DNA of 64,000 nucleotides from an uncultured delta proteobacterium (GTDB lineage Bacteria; Desulfobacterota; Binatia; UBA9968): NCBI GenBank assembly GCA_963745835.1, contig CAVUZH010000024.1, positions 329,558 to 393,557 of the forward strand, read 5' to 3'. Shown piece by piece: positions 54,831 to 64,000 of this stretch (position 1 is its first letter; each line of letters starts with the position of its first letter). The notes under the pieces were generated by a model. It saw only the letters and a program-made list of their open reading frames with translations, ran no database searches and was not told where the DNA came from. The position numbers and the translations under genes were made by a program.

Positions 54831-55827
54831 ATGGATAGAAAAATTTTCTTTGTTGTTCTCGTCCTTGCGCTTGCGGTTACCATCCTCGCTGAAGCGCAGC
54901 AGCCGAATAAGATCTACCGCATCGGGGTCTTGACCATTGGTGAGTCTCGAGCGTCGCGAATCCAGGCGTTCCGTCAAAGTATGAAAGAGCTAGGTTACTC
55001 CGAGGGTAAGGACTTTGTACTGGAGATCTGCCGGGCGGACGAAAAAGGCGATCAGCATCCGAAACTCGCGGCTGAATTGGTCGGGCTCCCGGTCGACGTA
55101 ATCGTTAGCGACAGCACGGCTCTAACCACCGCAGCCAAGAACGCGACAAGACAATCCCGATTGTTATGCAAGCCGGCAATCCAGTTGGCGTGGGGCTCGT
55201 CGCCAGCCTTGCGCGTCCCGGCGGGAACATCACAGGATTGACAAGCATGAGCGGGGAGCTAGAGGGGAAGAATCTGGAGTTACTCAAGGAGGTTGCCCCG
55301 CGGTTTCGCGGGTGGCACTTCCAATGCCACTAGGAGCAAACAGTAAGCTATATTTTAAACAAACCGAGGCTCCCGCCCGCGCCATGGGGATTGAGCTTCT
55401 TCCGCTCTTCATTCGGGGACCAGAAGATTTTGAGGCCGCCCTTCAGTCGATCACTAAAGAGCGCGCCAATGGTATTCTCTCACGCCTTGGCACCAATCCT
55501 ATCCAACTCGTGCGTCTTATAGAATTTGCGAATAAGAACCGGTTGCCCGCCATTTACGAAAGCACCGGCTCCGAAACGGGCGGACTCATCTCCTACGGGA
55601 CCGACCGCGACTATATCTGGCGGCGTTTCGCAGTTTACGTCGACAAAATTCTCAAAGGCGCTAAGCCCGCCGATCTCCCTGTAGAGCAGCCGACCAAGTT
55701 CGAGCTGGTGATCAATCTCAAGACAGCTAAGCAGATCGGCCTGACGATTCCGGCCAACGTGCTGGCGAGAGCGGATAGAGTGATCGATGATCGCAGGCAA
55801 CAGGCAACAGCCATTAGGCAACACTAA
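54831..55827 (+). CDS. ABC_sub_bind-family SBP, copy 3 (frameshifted)
   Basis: Family motifs across frames. Confidence 0.8.
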
Positions 55828-55841
55828 GAAACTGAAACTCG

Positions 55842-56822
55842 TTGTCTCCGCCCTTTGCGCCATGCTCTTCGCGCTTTGCGGTTCCAGCAAGGCGCAGCAC
55901 CGGCGAAAATCTTCCGAATAGGTTACCTAGCTCCTGCGTCGCTTTCTGCTCTCGTTGTCCGCACCGAGGCGTTCCGGCAAGGTCTGCGCGAGCTTGGGTA
56001 CGTGGAGGGAAAAAACATCGTCATTGAGTGGCGATATGCGGAGGGAAAACTCGATCGCCTCCCCGAGCTCGCGGCCGAGCTAGTGCGTCTCAAGGTAGAC
56101 GTCATCGTCACGGCTGGTCCGACAGCAACCCGTGCCGCCAAGGAAGCAACTTCGACGATTCCCATCGTCATGGCGCAGGATACCGATCCTGTTGGCAACG
56201 GGTTCGTCGCCAGCCTGGCGCGACCTGGTGGGAATATTACTGGATTGTCCAGCCTTGCCCCGGAGATAAGCGGAAAACAACTGGAGCTTCTGAAGGAGAT
56301 CGTTCCCAAGCTCTCCCGCGTGGCCGTCCTCTGGGACTTCATCCAACCCGGGCAACGCTCAATCGTTAAGAGAGATGGAACTCGCCGCAGGGACGTTCGG
56401 GGTAAAGCTTCAATACTCTAGACATACTAGGTCCCAAGGATATTGAGACCGCATTCCGAGCCGCAAGCAAGGGGCGTGCTGACGCAGTCCTCGTGCTGCA
56501 GAACGCCGTCGTCGCTTCTCACCGAAAACAGCTTGTGGAACTCGCGGTAAAGAGCCGGCTTCCGGCGATATACCCCAGGCCGGAATTTGTCGAAGACGGC
56601 GGGCTTATGAGCTACGGCGCGAGCTTTGCCGACTTGGACCGGCGCGCCGCTACGTATGTGGACAAAATTTTCAAAGGCGCCAAGCCCGCCGACCTGCCGG
56701 TCGAGCAGCCAACGAAGTTCGAGTTCGTGATCAATCTCAAAGCCGCGAAGCAGATCGGCCTGACGATTCCGCCGAACGTGCTGGCGAGGGCGGACAAGGT
56801 GATCAAGATGAGATCAGAGTAG
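55842..56822 (+). CDS. ABC_sub_bind-family SBP, copy 4 (frameshifted; very similar to copy 1)
   Basis: Long near-identical DNA tracts shared with 51300-52150. Confidence 0.82.
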
Positions 56823-56829
56823 CACGGCA

Positions 56830-57814
56830 GAGTCATTCAGATTCGCTCTGTGCTGCTATGCTCTTTGTCGCTTTGCTTGTCCCGCCGAGGCGCAGCAGGC
56901 AGGGAAAATCTTCCGCATAGGTTTCCTGGATAAAGCACTGCTTCCGGTAGCGCGGTCCTCGTGGACGCGTTCCGGCAAGAGCTGAGCAAGCTTGGATGGA
57001 TTGAGGGAAAGAATATCACCATCGAGTACCGATTTGCCGAGCGAAAGCCTGAGCGCCTACCTGAGCTTGCGGCGGACTTGGTTCGTCTTAAGGTTGATCT
57101 GATCGTGGTCACAGGGGTGCCAGTCGGCGTTGGCGGCGAAGAAAGCGACTACTACCATCCCCATCGTGATGGCGAGCGCTGGGGACCCTGTGGGTGCAGG
57201 TTTGGTTGCCAGTCTGGCGCGGCCGGGAGGCAATGTCACCGGGCTCTCGAGTTTAGCGCCCGAGCTAAACACCAAAAGGCTAGAGATACTCAAGGACGCG
57301 GTCCCCAAGCTCGCCCGAGTTGGACTTCTGCGGTCGCCGGCAGGCGACGCGGCAGCAGACCTCCAACTGAAAGAGCTCAGGCCTGCGGCTCTGGCACTGA
57401 AGCTAAAATTGGAGGAGATCGAGACTCAACCCGACGCCAAAGGTTTAGAGAGCGCCTTTCAAACCGCAAAGCAGAAGCAGGTGGGCGCGATTATGACGAC
57501 CGCCGGTCGCCGCTTTTTCGCCGAAAGAAAGCGGATCGTCGAGCTTGCCGGCAAATACCGGTTGCCGGCTATTTACCCACAGAAGGAGTTTGTCGATGAG
57601 GGCGGTCTCATGTCCTACGGGGCGGACTACGACTGACCTCTATCGGCGCGCGGCTGTTTACGTGGACAAGATCTTGAAAGGCGCCAAACCGGCTGATTTG
57701 CCGGTGCAGCAGGCAACGAAGTTTGAATTCGTCATCAACCTCAAGGCGGCAAAACAGATTGGTCTGACAATTCCAGTCCGCGTGCTCGAGCGGGCGAATC
57801 AAGTGATCAAGTGA
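56830..57814 (+). CDS. ABC_sub_bind-family SBP, copy 5 (frameshifted)
   Basis: ORFs 56961, 57130 and 57545 stitched; start approximate. Confidence 0.8.
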
Positions 57815-57851
57815 ATCTTAGATTCGATTGCCGATCGATTAGTGAAAGAGC

Positions 57852-58900
57852 ATGATGAACGATTGGATCGATTCGGATTCTTGTCCGACAATCGAAATCA
57901 AAATCCAAAATCGAAAATCGGTGGGTCTTGCTCTCGCTCTCGCATTCGCTTGTGTGTGGCTGTGGCGCTCAGGCGCAGCAGCCGAAGAAAGTCCCGCGGA
58001 TAGGGTATCTATCGCCGAGCGATCCAGCTAGTGAGTCCACCCGTTCCGAGGCAATTCGGCTGGCTCTGCGCGAGCTTGGCTACATAGAAGGACAGAACAT
58101 CGCCATCGAGTACCGATATGCGGAGGGGAAGCGTCGATCGGCTCCCTGAGCTTGCGGCCGAGCTGGTGCGTCTCAAGGTTGATATCATCGTGGTAGCAGG
58201 AGGGGACCGGCTGATCCGGGCGGCCAAGAATGCGACCAAGACGATTCCCATCGTTATGGCGGGCGCTGGGTCCGATCCTGTCGAGGCAGGCCTCGTTGAA
58301 AGCCTTGCCCGTCCCGGCGGCAACGTCACCGGCATTACAAACCTTACCAGAGAACTAGGCGGGAAGCGGCTGGAGCTGCTCAAAGAAGCCGTTCCCAAAG
58401 TTGCCCGTGTCGCGGTTCTCTACGATCCGGCCAATCCGGCCAGTGTACTCGAGGTGAAAGAGGTTCTCCCAGTCGCGGCGCGTGCGCTGGGGTTGACTGT
58501 TCAGCCTTGGGAGGTACGAGCTGCGGACGATTTCGAGAGGGTATTCGCTGCGCTAAACAAGCAGCGCCCGGATGGACTCTACGTGCTCCGCGGGCCCGCT
58601 AATGAGTGCTAACCGAAAACGGATCGTGGGCTTTGCGTTAAAGAGCCGGTTACCGTCGGTGTACAGCAGCAGAGAATCTGTAGATGCCGGCGGGCTCATG
58701 TCCTACGGGGCGGACCTCGCGGACAGCTACCGGCGCGTCGCTATTACGTGGACAAAATCCTGAAGGGAGCCAAGCCCGCCGATCTGCCCGTGGAGCAGCC
58801 GACGAAGTTCGAGCTGGTGATCAATCTCAAAACCGCGAAGCAGATCGGCCTGACGATTCCGCCGAACGTGCTGGCGCGGGCGGATAAGGTGATCAAGTGA
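57852..58900 (+). CDS. ABC_sub_bind-family SBP, copy 6 (frameshifted)
   Basis: ORFs 57928, 58118 and 58572 plus the conserved C-terminus; start approximate. Confidence 0.8.
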
Positions 58901-58949
58901 CGGAGGTCAGAAATCAGAAGTCAGAGATCGGAAAAGCAGGACGGCCAGC

Positions 58950-59936
58950 ATGAGTAAGAAAATAATTTTACTTACCCTATGCTCCCTGCTCCTCGCTACG
59001 TGCTCTTCAGTCGACGCGCAGCAACCAACGAAAATCCCGCGGATAGGGTGGCTATCTGGTAGCCCGCTTTCTGCTGTCTCATTCCGCCGTGAGTCGTTCC
59101 GGCAAGGTCTAGGCGAGCTTGGCTACGTCGAGGGGAAAAACATAGTCGTTGATTGGCGATTTTCAGACGGGAAACCTGAGCGCGTTGCTGAGTTTGCAGC
59201 CGAACTGGTGCGTTTCAATGTGGCTGTCATCGTCACCGCTGGTCCCACGCCAACCCGTTCTGCCAAACAAGCGACGAAGACGATTCCCATTGTCATGGCA
59301 CAGGATGGCGATCCTGTTGGAAACGGATTCGTTGCCAGCCTTTCGCGTCCCGGCGGGAATATTACTGGATTGTCGAGGCTTACGCCGGAGCTAAGCGGAA
59401 AACAACTGGAGCTATTAAAGGAGATCGTTCCTAAACTCTACCGGGTGGCCGTTTTCGGGACTTCGGCCCAGCCGGGCAATGCCCAAGCATTAAGAGAGAT
59501 AGAGGTCGCGGCGAGAACGCTCGGTGTAGAGGTTCAATACTTCGATGTACTAGGTCGCAAGGATATTGAGACTGCATTCCTAGCGGCAGGCAAGGGACGT
59601 GCTGACGGACTTCTGTGGTTCGTGGCGGGTCTGGCCGCGAACACTCAGCGAGAGAAAATTGTAGATCTTGCGGTTAAAAACCGTCTTCCCGCAATATACA
59701 ACCAGCCCGCCAATGTGGAAGCCGGTGGGCTAATGACTTACGGCGTAAGCATTTCGGATTTGGACAGGCGCGCCGCAACATACGTGGACAAGATCTTAAA
59801 AGGCGCCAACCCCGCGGACCTACCCGTCGAACAGCCCACGAAGTTTGAACTCATCATCAATTTGAAAGCTGCTAAACAAATCGGACTTACGATTCCCCGC
59901 AACGTGTTGGCAAGGGCGGATAAGGTGCTTCGGTGA
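58950..59936 (+). CDS. ABC_sub_bind-family SBP, copy 7 (intact)
   Basis: 328 aa with a signal peptide and family motifs. Confidence 0.92.
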   Translation: MSKKIILLTLCSLLLATCSSVDAQQPTKIPRIGWLSGSPLSAVSFRRESFRQGLGELGYVEGKNIVVDWRFSDGKPERVAEFAAELVRFNVAVIVTAGPTPTRSAKQATKTIPIVMAQDGDPVGNGFVASLSRPGGNITGLSRLTPELSGKQLELLKEIVPKLYRVAVFGTSAQPGNAQALREIEVAARTLGVEVQYFDVLGRKDIETAFLAAGKGRADGLLWFVAGLAANTQREKIVDLAVKNRLPAIYNQPANVEAGGLMTYGVSISDLDRRAATYVDKILKGANPADLPVEQPTKFELIINLKAAKQIGLTIPRNVLARADKVLR

Positions 59937-60131
59937 GGCGTGAGTCGTGAAGAGTGAGGAGTGAGGCGAGTTAATATTCGTAATAAAATTCTTTTGAGGA
60001 GTTCATTCCAAGCGGTGTCGAACGGCTCAGCACTGGTTGGGATATTGGATTGGGGAGGAAAACGCATGAATGAAATTTCTTCGCTTGGAGTTCTGAATCT
60101 TGTTGCGTCAGCCAAGAAATGGAGGCGTCAA

Positions 60132-61978
60132 ATGCCAGGGCCGTATATGTTTCTCTCCTTCTTACTCTTATGGATCGTATGGCTCGCCTCGATGGCGCCT
60201 TCGACGGCAGACGCCGTCTCCACCAACGACAACACGCGTGCGGCCGGCAGGCTCGAGGAAAACGTGCTGAATGTACGGCTGTATGCCGGCGTCGGCAGTT
60301 GGCGTCCTGAAGGGCCGCAAGGTGCGCCCATTGAAATCGCCGCGTTCGGTGAAGAAGGCGCCGACCTCTCCATACCAGGACCACTCATCCGGGTTCGCGA
60401 AGGAACGACCGTCGTGCTCACACTGCGGAACGCGCTCGGGTCGGCGCTGCGGGTCAATGGCCTCTGCACCAGACCGAGCACCTGCGATCCGGTGTCAGTC
60501 GCCTCCGGTGCCTCTCAAGAGATCCGATTCAGTCTTAACGCTCCAGGCACCTATTTCTATTGGGCCGCGACCGGACCCGGAGCGATCAACAGCCCGGCGC
60601 CGTCGCGATACCCAGCTTGGCGGCGCGATCGTGGTCGATCCGCGCGAGGGATCGCCGGCCGACAGGGTGTTCGTGATCTCGAAGTTCGGAGAGCCAGCCG
60701 GGGAAGACGACGCCGACTCGACAAAGTCTGACATCTTCGCCATCAACGGCTCGTCGTGGCCTTACACTGAGAAGCTTCATCACGAAGTCGGCGATCGGGT
60801 GCGTTGGCGCATCATCAACCTGTCACACGGTCATCATGCCATGCACCTGCACGGCTTCTACTTCACAGTCGAATCCACGGGCGATATCGGCGTCGAACGG
60901 CGGCTCGTTCCCGGCCAGCAACGCACGGTGGTCACCGAATTCATTCGGCGCTGCCCAGACATTCGTGATGTCATGGACGCCCGAGACGTCCAGGGAATTG
61001 GTTGTTTCACTGCCACATGACAAATCACATGAATGCGCCGGCCGACGGCGCCCACGCCGGCCACGGGGCCAACGACAGCGCGGCGGGGATGGCGGGACTG
61101 GTGCTCGGGATTCAGGTGACGGGGACCAGCACGATCCCGCCATCGGATGGGCGCGCACCACGGCGATTCTCGCTCGTGATGCGCGAGGAGCCCAATCGCT
61201 ATGGCAACCAGAGCGGCTACCGGATGGATCTGGAAGGTGCGGAGGCTCCGCGTCTCAATCCGGGTCCTGTTCCCGGCCCCGTGATCGTACTGACGCGTGG
61301 CGAACCGGTGGAGATTACCCTCATCAACCGAATGACGGAGCCCACGGCGATTCATTGGCACGGCATCGAGCTCGACAGTTATTTCGATGGCGTGCCTGGC
61401 TGGGGTGGGCAGCCCGGCAATATCGCGCCGCCGGTCGCCCCCGGGCAATCGTTCGTCGCGAAGTTCACGCCGCCGCGGGCGGGCACATTCATCTATCACA
61501 CGCACTGGCACAAAGACGAGCAACTGGGCGGCGGCCTCTACGGGCCGCTCATCGTCCTCGAGCCTGGCGAGCGCTACGATCCGGCAGACCGATCACATCG
61601 TCGTCATAGGCCTGAACGGCGTCCCGCAGGAGAACGAGCGGGAGCCGTTCGCGTTGAACGGCAGCGCCGACGCCGGCCCCCATCGTCATGCGCGCGGGCG
61701 TGCCCAATCGCCTGCGCCTCATCAACATCACCGCGAGCAACGACGGCCTGACGGCGTTCCTCGTCGATCGGTTTGAGCAGACGACGTGGAAACCGCTGGC
61801 GAAGGACGGCGCGACGCTGCCGGCCGGGCAGACCACTCCCCGACCGGCTCGCCAGCTCGTCACGGTCGGCGAGACCTACGACTTCGAAATTCAGCCGTCG
61901 CGGTCACAAGTGTTGTGGCTGGAAGTGCGCCGTGGGAGCGGGGAGTGGGTATTGCAGGCGCCGATCAAGATTCGCTAG
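60132..61978 (+). CDS. Multicopper oxidase-like exported protein, frameshifted
   Basis: HAMHLHG, FHCHMTNH..M, HWHG, YHTH; cupredoxin PGP.I motifs; GGAGG RBS. Confidence 0.85.
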
Positions 61979-61999
61979 TCATCGATTCTGGGAAGAAAA

Positions 62000-62258
62000 A
62001 AGGGTGGGTCGAATTATCGACGCGACTGCGCAAAACGACAGCGAAGCTGGAGAGATGGCGGTGGGCTGATGTCCTATGAGGCCGACCAGGTTGAGCCCCT
62101 TACAGGTGAGTAGCGTTAGTAGTGGAGCTAAGCGCGCCGATCTCCCGGTGCAGCAGCCAACGAAATTTGAGTTAGTGATCAATCAGAAAAACCGCGAAGC
62201 AGATCGGCGTAACAATTCCGCCGAACGTGCTGGCGAGAGCGGACAGAGTCATAAAATA
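62000..62258 (+). pseudogene. Orphan C-terminal fragment of an ABC_sub_bind SBP
   Basis: GGLMSY...[16 protein letters not shown]...[11 protein letters not shown] without an N-terminus. Confidence 0.7.
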
Positions 62259-62312
62259 ACATTTTGGATTTTCGATTTTAGATTTTGGAATGAAGCCCGA
62301 GACAACAAGCCT

Positions 62313-62490
62313 ATGAAGCGATTTTTTTCGCAATCTTTTTCAGAGAATCCAAAATCGGCAATCCAAAATCGAAAATCGGTGGGGATTGTCGCCCTCGTTT
62401 TCGCATTGGCGACGTGTGGGGATGTGGCGCAGGCGCAGCAGCCGAAGAAAGTCCCGCGGATAGCGTATCTATCGGGGGGCGATGCAGCTA
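62313..62490 (+). pseudogene. ABC_sub_bind SBP 5' end interrupted by IS
   Basis: [16 protein letters not shown] ends at the IS terminal repeat. Confidence 0.8.
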
Positions 62491-64000
62491 GGAGTCTGTC
62501 TGAGAATTAATGGAAGAGTCAATTTCCGTTTCGCAAAGCTGGCTTCAAATCTGGCTGTTGAAGACTCGATCTGAAGCGACATAACGATGAAATTTTCGCT
62601 GCGAGGGATCTATTTCCAGTCATGGTTAGGCTTTCTGCCCCGTCACGCTTAGTAGCAGATAATCCGATGCAGCTTGAGAATATTATGGGTCAGACAAACC
62701 AGCGCCCACTCCCTCTGAACTTTTTCAAGCCCGCGCAACAGAAATTGCCGGAATCCTCGCACCTGCTTGATCTGTCCGAATACTGGCTCCACAATCGTCT
62801 TGCGCATCGCATAGATCCTTCGCCCGACCTGGGTCTGAAGCTTGCGCTTCATCCGCTCTATCGCACTGGCTCCCTTCGGCAAAGGCCCCCGCTTGCAAGC
62901 GGTCCCATCGTATCCATGCTTTTGTCTCTCGGTAGCCACATATCCATCGATGTGCCGCCGTGCCAGATACTTCAGATTATCTTCCGAACAGTACCCGCTA
63001 TCGGCCAAAATTTTCCCCGGCTTCTGCCCCGCCTGCTCCTCAATGGCCTGGACCATCGGCTTAAGCTGTTCTTTGTCATTGGCCTTTTGAGTGACCGCCT
63101 GACCGACGATCAGCTGAAAGTTCTCTTCCACCGCGATCTGGCAATTGTACCCCTGCACGAACCCATCGCTCCCTTTCATGATGCGCGACTGGGGATCGGT
63201 AAAGTTGTATTGCTTTTTGTCCTCGGGCTGAGCGGTTCTTTGCCCGCTTCTTGCGCTTCTCGGCGGGCCTCTTCCTCCAGCGCGCGCTTGGCTTGGCGAA
63301 TCCGCTCAAGCCGGCTCTCCCGCCGCCTGAGTTCCTCCGGAAGCTCCTCCCCCGTTCGATCCTTACCGTAGCGCCGATCTTCCGCCTCGTCCTGTCGGTC
63401 CGCTTCAGCGAGCAGCCTTCGGACTTCTTCCCGAAGCTCCCGCTCCTTTTCTTTCATGCGCCCGTAACTCATCGCCTTGTGCTTGGAGGCGTTGGCTTTC
63501 ACTTTACTGCCATCGATCGCTACCCGCCCCAGCTTCATCGCCCCAGCCTTAAGCGCCAAACGCAAAACCTGCTCAAACAGTCCTTCCACAGCCTTGCGGT
63601 GAATCTTGCGGAAATCGCTCAGCGTACGAAAGTCCGGCGTGTTGCCAGCGGCCAGAACCCGAAACGCTACATCCTCAACCAAACGTTTCTCGATCCGCCG
63701 AGATGCAAATACTCCGATACAGTAAGCATAGATCAATACCTTGACCATCATGCGGGGATGGTACGGCGGCTGTCCCCGTTCCTCGTCCTCGTAGACCGCT
63801 TCGATCTCAGAAAGATTCAGATCATCCACCAGGTCACTGACAAAGTACGCCAGGTGATCTTCCGGCAGCCACTCTCGCAGGCTGGGAGGCATCAAAAACA
63901 GTTGATCGGGTTCGTACAAACGATATCGCTTCGCCATGGCGCTACACTACGGATCTCATCGTATCCGATCAAGAAAAAAATGATTTCTCGGACAAACTCC
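62491..64000 (-). mobile_element. IS1182-family insertion sequence
   Basis: TIRs GGAGTCTGTCTGAGAA (62491) and TTCTCGGACAAACTCC (63985-64000) enclose the transposase. Confidence 0.92.
62649..63937 (-). CDS. IS1182-family DDE transposase (frameshifted)
   Basis: LPEDHLA, PPYHPRMM, SRRIE, PDFRT, AIDGSKVKANAS, GYNCQ, ADSGY, VEPVFGQIK. Confidence 0.93.

Overview
Bacterial chromosomal window of roughly 55-60% GC. Expanded solute-binding-protein and amidohydrolase families suggest a Binatota/'Deltaproteobacteria'-like soil organism (inference). Single-base frameshifts also hit core genes (purA, ggt, addAB), so they are most likely long-read errors, and I stitched many genes across frames by eye. (1) 1-18.2 kb, minus strand, is one long operon with a sigma54 promoter, candidate enhancer sites and its own bEBP activator. 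It encodes a transglutaminase-like Cys protease, an amphipathic-repeat protein, a Tyr/Gly/Glu repeat protein, four genes carrying five related beta-rich (jelly-roll-like) domains, an M15-type peptidase and at least seven enzyme genes (four Zn proteases, two OmpA-like proteins, one beta-lactamase-like protein). These seven lack signal peptides but share an 'M(x)Y...[L/F/Y]G[E/Q]' leader. No integrase, replication or packaging-ATPase gene is visible. The best hypothesis is a domesticated virus-capsid-derived protein-cargo particle; the fold and function assignments are inferences. (2) 18.7-50.4 kb is mostly housekeeping: amidohydrolases, MFS, rlmD-like, a ZTP riboswitch before an aminotransferase-serA-purA operon, ggt, addAB-like, an RT-deleted group II intron inside a REP palindrome, SBPs and an ECF sigma/anti-sigma pair. 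(3) 51-64 kb is a tandem array of ABC substrate-binding paralogs interrupted by a haloperoxidase-like gene, a permuted multicopper oxidase and an IS1182-family element that ends at the window edge.
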